Assembly (NCBI GenBank): GCA_965249245.1
Contig: CBDFLV010000003.1
Location: forward strand, 87,517 to 151,516
DNA from: Acidobacteriota bacterium
GTDB taxonomy: Bacteria; Acidobacteriota; UBA6911; RPQK01; CBDAPI01
DNA: 64,000 bases
Direction: 5' to 3'
A model generated the notes under the pieces. It was not told where the DNA came from, made no database searches, and saw only the letters and a program-made list of their open reading frames with translations. This document shows positions 48,297 to 58,336 of the stretch, one piece after another; position 1 is the stretch's first letter, and every line of letters begins with the position of its first letter. The translations under genes were made by a program, and so were the position numbers.

Positions 48297-48692
48297 ATGA
48301 GAAAAAGAGGTAGGAACCTGCTTTTTTTGGCAATTGGCGTGCTGCTTGCGTCCTGCGGCCCAAAGAGGCAGGGCGATGCGCCGGGAGGAGAGAGAGCTGG
48401 ACCATCTCGTGGAATCGAGGAAACGGTGACGAGCGAGCCGGAACTGGAAGTTCACCGGGGCACTCTGGCCAAAACCGTCGAGGAAGGTGGCTGGCTCCTG
48501 AGAACCACCGGGAAAGAGTACCTGCTGCTCTCCATCTCTTCCTACCGCAAAGAGCCCTGGCTGCGAGAAGGAGCGGGTGTTGAGGTCAAGGGCCGCGAAG
48601 TGACCGACGTGATGACGACCTACATGCAGGGAACCCCGTTCCGCGTCTCTGCCATGAAGCCGTCGAGTCCGTCAGGACAACAGCAAGAGTAA
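48297..48692 (+). CDS. small lipoprotein
   Basis: Lipobox LLASC after a basic N-terminus; 131 aa. Confidence 0.5.
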   Translation: MRKRGRNLLFLAIGVLLASCGPKRQGDAPGGERAGPSRGIEETVTSEPELEVHRGTLAKTVEEGGWLLRTTGKEYLLLSISSYRKEPWLREGAGVEVKGREVTDVMTTYMQGTPFRVSAMKPSSPSGQQQE

Positions 48693-48709
48693 TCTCCCGG
48701 AGCAGGTCC

Positions 48710-49204
48710 TTGAAGATCGGTGTCATCTCAGATATCCACGACAACATCTGGAAGCTGAGCGCGGCTCTCCAGGTGCTCCGGCAGGTGGAGACCGTCCTCT
48801 GTTGTGGTGATCTTTGCTCCCCTTTTGTTGTTCCCCGGCTCGGGGAAGGGTTTGACGGAGACATTCACATTGTCTTTGGAAACAATGACGGGGACCTCTT
48901 TCGGATCTCGCAACAGGCCGCGAAGTATCCCCACATCCATCTGCACGGTGAATTTGTTTCTCTCGAAATCGGCGGTCAGAACTTTGCCATGACCCACTTT
49001 GACAACATCGCCCGGGAGCTGGCTGCCGGCCAGGGGTTTGACGTCGTGTGCTTCGGACACAATCACCGTTTTGAGATCCGCCGGGAGGGCCAGACCCTCC
49101 TCATCAACCCGGGAGAAATCATGGGCGGCCTTTCCTCGGACCAGGTCTCGAGTCTTGTCATCTACGACACCGAAACCGGCCAGGCGCAGAAGGTGGAACT
49201 CTGA
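48710..49204 (+). CDS. metallophosphoesterase (YfcE-like phosphodiesterase)
   Basis: DIHDN...GDL...GNND...GHNH motif series. Confidence 0.8.
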   Translation: MKIGVISDIHDNIWKLSAALQVLRQVETVLCCGDLCSPFVVPRLGEGFDGDIHIVFGNNDGDLFRISQQAAKYPHIHLHGEFVSLEIGGQNFAMTHFDNIARELAAGQGFDVVCFGHNHRFEIRREGQTLLINPGEIMGGLSSDQVSSLVIYDTETGQAQKVEL

Positions 49205-49468
49205 TCGGCCTTCCTGGTTAAGGGAGATCGGAGAACTCTAAATCTGTTTTGCTATCATCAGCAGGGAACGTGTAGTGGGCCAGCGATCTTTGGTCGCCTG
49301 TTTTGGGCTGTCCCCCCGAAAAATTCCTTCCACCTTGTGCAGCAGTGCTCTCGCCCTTTCATTCTGGTCATCCACCACTCCTGCTCAAGATTCTTTTTGG
49401 TTCCGTTATTCGGGTAACCACGTGACCTCAGGCCCCGGCAGGTTGCGCTAAGATAAAGAGAAACAGCA

Positions 49469-50151
49469 ATGAACAACGGTAAGACCAAGAACGGACATTC
49501 CGTGCTGCTGAGGCTTCGATATCGAGACTTTTCCGTACTTTTTGGAGGAGATCTGAACCTGCCCGCCGAACATTTTCTCATGCGTCACTACGGCAACAAC
49601 GGAGCGGCTCCCACGACGGTGGCCGAATCCACGGCTATGATCGAGTCCGCTCGCGCTCGATTTGGTGTAGACCTCATGAAGTCTTGCCACCATGGCTCCT
49701 CAGACGTGACGGACGAGTTCCTGGCGGCGACGAGTTTAGCGGCCTATGTCGTCTCCTCCGGTGACGAAGAAAGCCATGTCCACCCCCGACCCGATTTGCT
49801 CGGACTGCTTGGGAAGAAAGGGCGCAGCGACAGGCCACTTATCTTGTGTACTGAAATTCTGCGGTCCACTCGCGAAGGCGAGGATCCGAAGTTGAGGAAG
49901 CGACTCGACAAAGTGGCCGGTCAGCTGGCCAAGAGGCCGATCCGCTCAAGAAAACTGAGCTAGCCGCTGAACGGGAGGACATCCTGGACGAGCTCTTCAA
50001 GCGCAATGTCGGAGTCTATGGGGCGATCAACCTCCGCACCGACGGACGCTCGGCGGTCATCGCGTTTCGAAATGAGAAACCGAGGGGTATCAAACGCTGG
50101 TTCTACTATGAGTTGGAAAGGAACTCGAGTGGGGTTTTTGAGGTAGTCTAG
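49469..50151 (+). pseudogene. C-terminal fragment of a ComEC/Rec2-type MBL-fold domain; the N-terminal metal-binding half is missing, and a probable -1 frameshift near 49950 gives a second frame running 49960-50151
   Basis: Motifs SVLLRLRYRDFSVLFGGDL, KSCHHGS and VHPRP; the alternative frame encodes VGVYGAINLRTDGRSAVIAF (ComEC C-terminal-like). Confidence 0.45.
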
Positions 50152-50184
50152 CAACGATTGCTTCCCGAAGCAAAGGAGCCGATC

Positions 50185-51504
50185 ATGCGCCACCTGTTCT
50201 TGCTATTCCTTTTTCTCCTGGCCTCTCTCGCCCCTCTGCGTGCCAGACAGGAACTATCCGACGCCGATTACTTAGCCGAACTTCGCTCGGACGCAGAGCA
50301 GGGCGACGCCGAGGCCCAACACGACCTTGGAGTCGTCTACGCCAAGGGCCACGGCGTTGGGCAGGATCACGTGGAGGCGTGGAAATGGTTTCTCGAAGCC
50401 GCCGAGCAAGGCCACGCTACGGCCCAATGGTGGCTTGGCGTTCTCTACGGGAGGGGCCGCGGTGTTGCGCGGGATCCAGTCGCGGCCCGGAACTGGTATC
50501 TCAAAGCCGCCGCACAGGGCCACGTCTCCGCCCAATACAACCTTGGCGTTCTCTACGCCAGGGGTTACGGCGTTGCTCAGGATTACGTCGAGGCGCGCAA
50601 GTGGTATCTCAAAGCCGCCGAGCGAGGCCACGCCTTGGCCCAGTACAACCTGGGCGTTCTCTACCATGGCGGCGACGGCGTTGTGCAGGATCCGGTCGCG
50701 GCCCGCAACTGGTATCTCAAAGCCGCAGCACAGGGTGTCGCCGGGGCCCAATACAGCCTTGGCGTGTTCTGCGCCTTCGGCGACGGCGTTGTGCAAAATT
50801 ATGTCGAGGCGTGGAACTGGTATCTCGAAGCTGCAGTGCAAGGCCACGCCTTGGCCCAATTCAGCCTTGGCGTTCTCTACCATGGAGGCGACGGCGTTGC
50901 GCAGGATTACGTCGCGGCCCGGAAGTGGTATCTAAAAGCCGCCGAGCAAGGCCACGCCACGGCCCAATACAACCTTGGCTCTCTCTACCATGGAGGCGAC
51001 GGCGTTGTGCAGGATTCGGTCGCGGCCCGGAACTGGTATCTCAAAGCCGCAGCACAGGGTGTCGCCGGGGCCCAATACAACCTTGGCGTTCTCTACCATG
51101 ACGGCGACGGCGTTGTGCAGGATTACGTCGCGGCCCGGAAGTGGTATCTCAAAGCCGCGACACAGGGTGTCGTCGGGGCTCAATACAGCCTTGGCGTTTT
51201 CTACGCCTTTGGCCACGGAGTTGCGCAGGATTACGTCGCGGCCGGGAAATGGTTTCTCAAAGCCGCCGAGCACGGCCACGCCCTGGCCCAGTTCAGCCTT
51301 GGCGTCCTCTACTTTCAGGGCCTCGGCGTAGCGCAGGATTACGTGGAGGCCTACGTCTGGTACAACATCGCTGCAGCGCAGGGAAACGCCACCGCAAAGA
51401 AAAACCGTAAGGTTGTTGCTGCAAGGGTCGACGCTGCTTCGCTTGCCAAAGCTCAAAAGCTTTCAAAGGAGTACTTGAAACGCTACGTCGAGCCGTTCCA
51501 GTAG
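50185..51504 (+). CDS. Sel1-repeat (TPR-like) secreted protein, ~11 tandem Sel1 repeats
   Basis: Signal peptide MRHLFLLFLFLLASLA, then repeated A.QGHA.AQYNLGVLY..G.GV.QDYV.A.KWY.KAA units. Confidence 0.85.
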   Translation: MRHLFLLFLFLLASLAPLRARQELSDADYLAELRSDAEQGDAEAQHDLGVVYAKGHGVGQDHVEAWKWFLEAAEQGHATAQWWLGVLYGRGRGVARDPVAARNWYLKAAAQGHVSAQYNLGVLYARGYGVAQDYVEARKWYLKAAERGHALAQYNLGVLYHGGDGVVQDPVAARNWYLKAAAQGVAGAQYSLGVFCAFGDGVVQNYVEAWNWYLEAAVQGHALAQFSLGVLYHGGDGVAQDYVAARKWYLKAAEQGHATAQYNLGSLYHGGDGVVQDSVAARNWYLKAAAQGVAGAQYNLGVLYHDGDGVVQDYVAARKWYLKAATQGVVGAQYSLGVFYAFGHGVAQDYVAAGKWFLKAAEHGHALAQFSLGVLYFQGLGVAQDYVEAYVWYNIAAAQGNATAKKNRKVVAARVDAASLAKAQKLSKEYLKRYVEPFQ

Positions 51505-51558
51505 GCGTTCGATCCGCAGGATGCTTCACTCCGGCTGCTTCACTGGCTTAAGAAGGGG

Positions 51559-52404
51559 CTAGATTGTCCAATCCCGGAACCTTCTGCGGGTCAATTCTCG
51601 AAGCTGAGCGACATCAGCCTCCAGGCGTCGCTGCAGGATGGTACGGGCATCGGGATCCAGCCTGGGCCGTCCGATGGCCCTTGAGAAAGGCCACGCCAGG
51701 CAGTAGCCCAATTGGTAGGCAAGATCAGGCGCCAGGCGTCGCATTCCCAGCCGTTTGGGCATCAACCTTAACCGGTTTCCGATCTGGTTATAGCGGCGTT
51801 TTGCCTTTGAGACGTGCCGAATTCGCTGAAATCCCCGAGAACGAAATCCTGGCTCGACCCCCAGGAAACGGAAGGCCTGGTCCAACGTGCTCGAGCGCCG
51901 GGCGCTCAGGTCCTCCTGAGTCAGAATAAGAATTCGATCGAGTGCATATGACTGCAGAAACTGGCTCAACTGCAGGAAATACCGGCTCCGGTCGAGGTAG
52001 GAATTATTTTCGGGTTGCAACAAGGCCTCTTCGACACCGCGATCCTCCAACCCGTAGGCGAAGCGATGAATGTAGTGCGAGATCATCCGTTCAATGGGGT
52101 CTCGCAAGATGTATATGAGCCTGGCTTCGGGCACAACAGACTGCATGCGTCGCGGCACTCCCTGAAACTGCGGGAAGGCGGTGTAGATCGGGGATCCTTC
52201 ACCGGACAGCCCGCGGTTGGCAAACTGGGCTCGATACCAATCTGTGCCTTTGGTCCAGTTTCTTTCCTCGACAAAGAAGTTGAGCTCTTTCTCTTTGGAC
52301 GCGCTGATCTGGGGATGAAGACCCAGGTAGTAGTGGAGGCTTGTCGTCCCGGCCTTCATGGCACCGATCAGGATAAAGTCCGGCAGCTTGCCCGCAGGTA
52401 TCAT
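51559..52404 (-). CDS. sulfotransferase-family protein
   Basis: 5'-PSB motif PDFILIGAMKAGTTSL, 3'-PB region and C-terminal RILILTQEDL. Start assigned to an internal Met. Confidence 0.75.
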   Translation of the reverse strand: MIPAGKLPDFILIGAMKAGTTSLHYYLGLHPQISASKEKELNFFVEERNWTKGTDWYRAQFANRGLSGEGSPIYTAFPQFQGVPRRMQSVVPEARLIYILRDPIERMISHYIHRFAYGLEDRGVEEALLQPENNSYLDRSRYFLQLSQFLQSYALDRILILTQEDLSARRSSTLDQAFRFLGVEPGFRSRGFQRIRHVSKAKRRYNQIGNRLRLMPKRLGMRRLAPDLAYQLGYCLAWPFSRAIGRPRLDPDARTILQRRLEADVAQLRELTRRRFRDWTI

Positions 52405-52503
52405 CGTCCCGCTACTTCTGCTTCCAAGAGAAAATCCCTCGGAAAATAAATACTCCAAAAACGCCTCCACCAGGTCAACTCCTGTACCCGAAGCACGCGT
52501 GGG

Positions 52504-52785
52504 TTGCAATCGTTTCTTCCTGGCCGGATCGTATCCGCAATGTCAGCGCCCCGTAGCCCGGGTTCTCCAGCTCTCTGCTCGAACTCGCTCTACATTGCGG
52601 ATACAATCCTTAACGTCGGACTGCAACCAGATCGACATACCACGGCTATTTACTCGTACAAGAGCCGTGGCCTGTATAAGGAGGAGATAGAAAGATATCT
52701 CAGCTACTTCCCTTGGGAGCAAATTCTCGTTCTATGTAGTGAACAGTTTTTCGCTGAACCGGAGAATACGCTTCGCCCTGCTTAG
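52504..52785 (+). pseudogene. remnant of a second sulfotransferase gene (C-proximal part only), truncated at a partial MITE-A copy
   Basis: YFPWEQILVLCSEQFFAEPENTL parallels the C-terminal motif of the adjacent sulfotransferase. No N-terminal PAPS-binding part. Confidence 0.4.
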
Positions 52786-52902
52786 CCCGGAAAATTCATA
52801 AGTTTTCGGCTGCAGCGCCCCCATCATCCGCGCTGGCTGCGTTCCCCCTCCTCGGGCTCCTCGACAGAGTCACGACTATGCCTGCGGTGCCCTCGGAGGT
52901 AA
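52785..52902. mobile_element. MITE-A partial copy (118 of 177 bp, inverted orientation), TA at 52783-52784
   Basis: Exact reverse-complement match to the second half of the 5312-5488 copy; truncated internally. Confidence 0.6.
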
Positions 52903-53146
52903 GACGAAATTGGCGGCGATGCTACATCCGTGATGAACTGGTTCTTCGCCGATCACGGCCTTATCTACCGAGTGAACTACGACGGAAGCGTTGTTCAACT
53001 GCGAGCGGCTCCAAACTGGGTCAAAGCAATGAGACCGGCGAACCAGCAGGTGGACGGTATGCGGTGACCCGCGCCCGTCACCTGCGCCGTTGGGTTGCGT
53101 GTAGCAAGCAGCCAACCGGCCACGTGAAAAGCAGCGGTTTTGCTTC

Positions 53147-53725
53147 GTGAGGATTTTTGCGATGGGTCTAAGCAGGCAGTCGCTGGCCGTAGTTGCTGTC
53201 GCTGCGCTCGGATTCGGCGGGATCTGGAGGGCTGGTCTGGCAGTTCAGCATTATCACATCTCGCGTGCGATCGCCAATGACCCCTCTGCACGGGAGATTG
53301 AGCAGATTTCAGCGTTTCTAGAGTTGGGTCTGAGCGTCATCCTGCTGGCACACGCAGTCGCGGCTGCGTGGCTCATCCGACACCCTCTCCGTCTGCATGG
53401 CGTTTTGGTCGTGGCCACAGCCGCCGTGACGGGATTGCTCATGGCAGGCTCTTTTCTGCGGGCACCAATCCTCAGTACCCCCGGTTTGCTGCCCGCAGCA
53501 CTCATTCTTGGGTGCGCCGGCGCCGGCTACTTTTCTCACGCTCCGTGGGTTTCCACGTATCTCGGGGCCCTGGCGGGCAGCCTCACGGGGTTTTGTGTAG
53601 CGGCCCCGAGCATCGATCCCATCTCTGCTTTGGCCGTCACGGCTCCGCCGATCGTCTTCGCCTGGGTGGGTGTTGCTCTTGGGAAAGCGATTCGTCGCCT
53701 GCGCCTATTTCAAAGCGCCACCTGA
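53147..53725 (+). CDS. hypothetical integral membrane protein
   Basis: Multiple hydrophobic helices and no motif. Confidence 0.45.
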   Translation: MRIFAMGLSRQSLAVVAVAALGFGGIWRAGLAVQHYHISRAIANDPSAREIEQISAFLELGLSVILLAHAVAAAWLIRHPLRLHGVLVVATAAVTGLLMAGSFLRAPILSTPGLLPAALILGCAGAGYFSHAPWVSTYLGALAGSLTGFCVAAPSIDPISALAVTAPPIVFAWVGVALGKAIRRLRLFQSAT

Positions 53726-54028
53726 CCCGGGTGCTGCAGCCGACGCGCACGGCTGAGGTTGGACCTCTCGGTAAATGTCCTCCTCTGGAGGGAATTAACT
53801 GGGATAAGAGCCATCGTGCTCGAAAAAACCCGTGGACACGGCGGGGTCGACCGAAGATTCTCTGGAGCGGAAAAGATCCGCTACGGAATGGACGGATCCT
53901 GGACAAGGATCTGATCCCGCCTCCCGAATTTCTAATGGTCCCCTAAGACCAGAAAGGACAAGTCTGCTCTCTTGACAACGCCGCCTAAATGAGTGTGTCC
54001 CTTTCTCGTCGCTCCAGCTTTTGGCGGG

Positions 54029-54388
54029 TTAGATCTTGACCACAATCTGACCCTGCTCGACATTGACCTCGTAAGTTCGCAGTCGTCGTTTGGGGTGGGC
54101 CAGGCACTGTCCGGTGGTGATCTCGTACTCCAACGCATGCCAGGGACAGACGATGATCTCTCCTTCCCTGGCCCACACCCAAAGCCAGTCGGTTTCGCGT
54201 GAGCAAAACAGGGAGCCGCTCACAGCCCCCCGGCAGAGCGGGCCGTTCTGGTGAACACAGGCGTTGGGCAAGGCGTGATAGCGCCCGTCAACATTGAAGA
54301 TACCGATCTCTCGACCGCCGATCTCGACCACCATGTGGCTGCCACTGGGTACTTCCTCGACTCTGGCCACGGCGTACTTGCCCGTCAA
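54029..54388 (-). CDS. Rieske [2Fe-2S] domain protein
   Basis: CVHQNGPL...CPWHALEY (CxH...CxxH) Rieske ligands. 4-bp overlap with the upstream amidohydrolase gene. Confidence 0.75.
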   Translation of the reverse strand: MTGKYAVARVEEVPSGSHMVVEIGGREIGIFNVDGRYHALPNACVHQNGPLCRGAVSGSLFCSRETDWLWVWAREGEIIVCPWHALEYEITTGQCLAHPKRRLRTYEVNVEQGQIVVKI

Positions 54389-55515
54389 GACGCCGGCTCC
54401 GGTAACCTCAATAGGCGCAAGGCATTCTCAGCCATGATCTTCCGGCGCACTTCGTCTGAGACCGGTATCTGCAGGACCTTGTTGGGATGATCAAAATCGT
54501 GGTGTGGCCAGTCCGAGGCGTAGACGATCGAGTCCTCGAGGCCAAACAATGAGATGAAGTTGGCCAGGACGCGCATGTGCTCCGGCTCTTCGATTGGCTG
54601 GGTGGCGAAGAACATTCGTCGGATGTATGTGCTCGGCCGATCTTTCAGAATCGGCACATCACGCCGACTCTCGTTGTATTCCTTGTCCATGCGAAGCATG
54701 ATCCACGGGACCCAGGTGATGCCGCCTTCGGTAAAGGCGACCTTCAGCTTCGGAAAGCGCACGGGGACGCCTGTCTCGATCATGCTCACCAGATTCGCGA
54801 TCAGCGAAAAAGGGTGGGCCAGGATGTGGGCGGAGAAAGCTGTCTCGAAACCGTGCAGATTGAAGGGAAACGCGGGATGGACCGCCGCAACACTGTGCAT
54901 GACCACCGGCAACCCGGTCTCCTGCGCCGCCTCGTACAGCGGGTCATAGCGGCGATGGCCGTACAGGGGCTCCACACAAGAAGTCGGCAGGTAGATGGCT
55001 GCGACATCCGCGTGCGAGGCGTAGTGTCGAACCTCGGCCGCAGCCGCCACCGGGTCATGATGAGGAGCGATGATGGCTCCTTTCAGTCCGGCTGCCTGAC
55101 CCAGCCATTCGGCTTCCAACCAGCGATTGTAGGCTCGGGCCAACGCCACAGCATAGCCGGTCTGCTTGAGCGCGGCATGCAGCAGCAGGTGATCGGGGAA
55201 CATGACCGCGATATCGACCCCCAAATCGTCCAGGTCCCGGCGCAGCTCTGCCGGCGAAGCGACTGTGCTTCGCCGCTCGCCCCGGGTTTGCGGAAACGAC
55301 GGCCAGATGACCGCGGCCGGTGAGAACGCTGGAATGTCCAGGTAGCGGTAGGGCACTGTGCTGAGGTGTTCGAGTGTTTTGCGCCAGGGCATCTCGCAGT
55401 AAGGCACCAGCGCTCCCGGCGTCTCGTGGATATGAACGTCCAGATCGACAACCGAGATATCCCTGGGCATATTTGCCGGTGTGCGGCCCGCTAATGTGCT
55501 GTCCTTTACAACCAC
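54385..55515 (-). CDS. amidohydrolase-2 family metal-dependent hydrolase (ACMSD/OHCU-decarboxylase-like TIM barrel)
   Basis: N-terminal VVDLDVHIHE metal-binding His pair and a TIM-barrel hydrolase pattern. Confidence 0.7.
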   Translation of the reverse strand: MVVKDSTLAGRTPANMPRDISVVDLDVHIHETPGALVPYCEMPWRKTLEHLSTVPYRYLDIPAFSPAAVIWPSFPQTRGERRSTVASPAELRRDLDDLGVDIAVMFPDHLLLHAALKQTGYAVALARAYNRWLEAEWLGQAAGLKGAIIAPHHDPVAAAAEVRHYASHADVAAIYLPTSCVEPLYGHRRYDPLYEAAQETGLPVVMHSVAAVHPAFPFNLHGFETAFSAHILAHPFSLIANLVSMIETGVPVRFPKLKVAFTEGGITWVPWIMLRMDKEYNESRRDVPILKDRPSTYIRRMFFATQPIEEPEHMRVLANFISLFGLEDSIVYASDWPHHDFDHPNKVLQIPVSDEVRRKIMAENALRLLRLPEPAS

Positions 55516-56397
55516 GTCCTTACCGCCAGCACGTCATAAACGGAAGCTCCATCCTCGAGGTCGATCACCTTGTAGTGCTTGTCTCGAAAGTCGGGGGTCT
55601 TCATGTCGAATTAAGGGATTTGCAATCTTGGTTCCTGGATTCGACCGAGGCCTTCTGCATATCCGTAGGTTGACGATCTAAGCTGTCGTGAACCCCCTCT
55701 CAGGGAAATGTAATGTACAGAGTGTCGCAGAAGCATCGCCAAGATCCACTCGGAGGGGTGCGCTCCTACAGCGCCGATCACCCTCTACCCCATTGTCGAA
55801 TATCACAGACTTGCTGTCGACCCGATCCTCCAGGATCTCGAACGACCGCACTTGCAATGGAAGGCCATCGCTCGAAGTCAGCCTGATCGGTTCGTTCTCG
55901 ATTAATACTCCCGCCATGAGCAATCCTTCCCCAATCACTGCGTCGTCGTTTTCCGGCTCTACAAGAGACTCGAAGTTAATGTTCAGCTAGACCGCCCTCC
56001 TGCTCCAGCTCTGGACCAAAGGCGCGACGATTTTCTGCCGAGCAAGAGGCCCCTGTGGCGTTCCGACAGCAACTACGAAAAATTCGCAGGCCGGGCAAGA
56101 AAGGGAGTGCCCTGTCTCGTGATGGGTTCGCCAGGCGCTCGCGTAGCCAGCCTCAGGAGAGGCTTATTCACTTTGAGCTATTCGTGTCGTCTTGCGCCAG
56201 ATTTCGCGACACATGGTCAAACGTCGCCGACCGTCCTGTCCAGTTCAGCAGTCCAGTTGTCGATCACTCGAATCTAGGTTGCCGGCTCACCAGGGGAAGG
56301 CTACACGAGAAGGAAGTTCTGGCCGTCTTCGCTACTTCGAGGGTGGGCGGGACGAACATGCCCTCGATCAGCAGCTCGAGCTCGCCTGCAATGTCGT

Positions 56398-57297
56398 TCA
56401 AAGCCCACCCTCGTGCTCTCCTTCGCCGGCCCCGTCTCGGCCGTCGGCCGCGAGCACCTGGGTGACGGCGCTCTCGCGTGAGAAGAGGGCCTCCCTATTC
56501 ACGGCGACGACCAGTACCGCTAGGAGAGCGAAGACCCCGGTGTCCCATGGCTGCGCGTCGGGCCAAGCCGGACCGTTGCACTGGAAATGGAAGAGGACAG
56601 GGATGAGGAGGCTCCCGCGGGCCGCGTTGAACATCGGAGTGACGATCACCGAGAGCGCGACTACGCCGAAGAAGAAGGCAGGAAAAGACCAGGTGCTTTG
56701 CGGCACGCCGCTGAGGAAGAAGGCCGGGATGTGCCAGACAGCCCAGATGACGCCGAGTACCGTGCCTGCCGCGAAGGGTGTGAGGCGGCGTTGGAGTAGA
56801 GGCAGGGCGAGGCTCCGCCAGCCGAACTCCTCGATGGGCCCGATGAAGAGAGCGAGGGCGAGCGCCGGAAGAACGCCGTGCCAGGGCGAGAAGGAAAACG
56901 GCTCACCGAGGTTGCCCTTGATCGCGGCACCCAGATAGAAGGCACCAGGGATGCCCAGCAGGAGGAGGAGCCACCATCCCGCAGGCATGCGCACTAGGGT
57001 CAGACGACGGAAGAAGGACGCGACTCCCTCGAGGCCATGGTGCCACCAGACGAGGAAGACCCCGGCGAAGCCGGGCGAGTAGACGGCAAGGATGAACAGC
57101 GGATTCGTGTATCCGAGTTCGCCGAAGAGCTCCTCGACCTGTTCCGTGAAGAGGATGAGCAAGGCGGCAATCCCCCAGGTCAGCCCGAACGCCAGGATGA
57201 AGAACAGTCCGAGCGTTCGCTGCGTCATCGCCCCTCGATCGCGATTGTTCATCTTCACTGGCTCCGGCTGCTGGTTCAATTGGCCCTCTTGACCCAT
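56398..57297 (-). CDS. CPBP-family intramembrane metalloprotease (CAAX protease / Abi-like)
   Basis: Motifs EEFGWR, FxxxH (WAVWHIP) and a C-terminal H in a multi-TM context. Confidence 0.75.
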   Translation of the reverse strand: MGQEGQLNQQPEPVKMNNRDRGAMTQRTLGLFFILAFGLTWGIAALLILFTEQVEELFGELGYTNPLFILAVYSPGFAGVFLVWWHHGLEGVASFFRRLTLVRMPAGWWLLLLLGIPGAFYLGAAIKGNLGEPFSFSPWHGVLPALALALFIGPIEEFGWRSLALPLLQRRLTPFAAGTVLGVIWAVWHIPAFFLSGVPQSTWSFPAFFFGVVALSVIVTPMFNAARGSLLIPVLFHFQCNGPAWPDAQPWDTGVFALLAVLVVAVNREALFSRESAVTQVLAADGRDGAGEGEHEGGL

Positions 57298-57354
57298 TCC
57301 CCCACTCTGCTACGCTTCCAGGGTAGTCCTCTCGATACCCTTAACTCCTCTCCC

Positions 57355-57558
57355 ATGCCTCTCAAGTGCGCCAACTGCCACCGGCTGCTCAAAAACCCTC
57401 TCTGGAAAGATCAGGGCGAGTACTTCATCCCCTGCTTCAGCTGTGGCGTGAAAAACCTGGTCGTGCCCATGCTCCAGATCGTAGGCTGGCAGCATGACCA
57501 GGCCCGACCTCTGCCACAGCGGCAGAAAGCACCCTCTTCAACACCCGCTGCCGTCTGA
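57355..57558 (+). CDS. small zinc-ribbon protein
   Basis: CANCHRLL...CFSCG two CxxC pairs; 67 aa; weak call. Confidence 0.3.
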   Translation: MPLKCANCHRLLKNPLWKDQGEYFIPCFSCGVKNLVVPMLQIVGWQHDQARPLPQRQKAPSSTPAAV

Positions 57559-57632
57559 GACCTCTCAGAGGCGATTTTAGCGACTTTCTCACAAAAAACA
57601 GGTCTCTGGATCCCGAACCCGAAAAACTGCCC

Positions 57633-58280
57633 TTGAGGATCGCCCTGGCTGCGAGATTGCGACCCGACCTTTACCTTAGTACCCCCGAAATTGACCTGAT
57701 TTCCTCAATCCAGACAGACACATTCCGACAGTGTCTGCGTTGTCTGGATTGCCACCACCCCTTGCTATCCTCGCGGTTGGTGCCTTCCAACCTCCAACAG
57801 CCAGCGAAACGAAACCACCAGCGGATTGTAAGACTCAAAGAGCAAGCCACCCGGAGCTTTATCCTGTTGGGCAAGGAGCTGAAGCTCAACAAGGACAGGC
57901 GTTATTTTGAGCAACTCGGCTTCGCGACTTTCGAGGCGTATATAGAAAGCCCGGAGTTGGGTCTCGGTAGGCGCAGCGTCTACTCCCTGATCGCCATTTA
58001 CGAGACCTTTGTCGAGCGCCTCGACTACTCAGTTGACGAACTCGCCGCCGTTGATTATTCGAAGCTCGATCGCGTCTTGCCTCTCATCAATGTGCAACCG
58101 GTTGCACATTGCGAATGGTTTGAAAAAGCCAGGACCTTACCCCGTCGAACCCTGGAGACCGAGATCAGGCTCTGGCAAACCCAAAATGAGGCACGACAAC
58201 CGAAACCCCAGTCCCCTGCTCTTCCTTCAGACTGGATCAACACCGTTCACTGTGGCGACGCAAAAGAGCTTTTACATTAA
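57633..58280 (+). pseudogene. N-terminal portion of a DNA methyltransferase-like protein (N6/N4 MTase family), truncated just after the characteristic xxHCGDAKELL entry motif
   Basis: The C-terminal WINTVHCGDAKELLH* resembles the start of PF01555-type MTase domains, but the DPPY/SAM motifs are absent. Followed by lower-GC DNA. Confidence 0.35.
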
Positions 58281-58336
58281 AAGTCTTGCTTTCGCGAGCG
58301 CACTCCGGATACAAGCGGTATCGTTATACAACTGGA

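Noticed and set aside
50272-51456. Multiple overlapping ORFs on both strands
   Set aside because: All lie inside the Sel1-repeat gene. They are generated by the DNA-level repeats, with Arg/Pro-rich nonsense translations.
55678-56465. Short ORFs in the gap between the amidohydrolase and the CPBP protease
   Set aside because: Arg-rich low-complexity translations with no motifs or RBS. Likely non-coding or decayed sequence.
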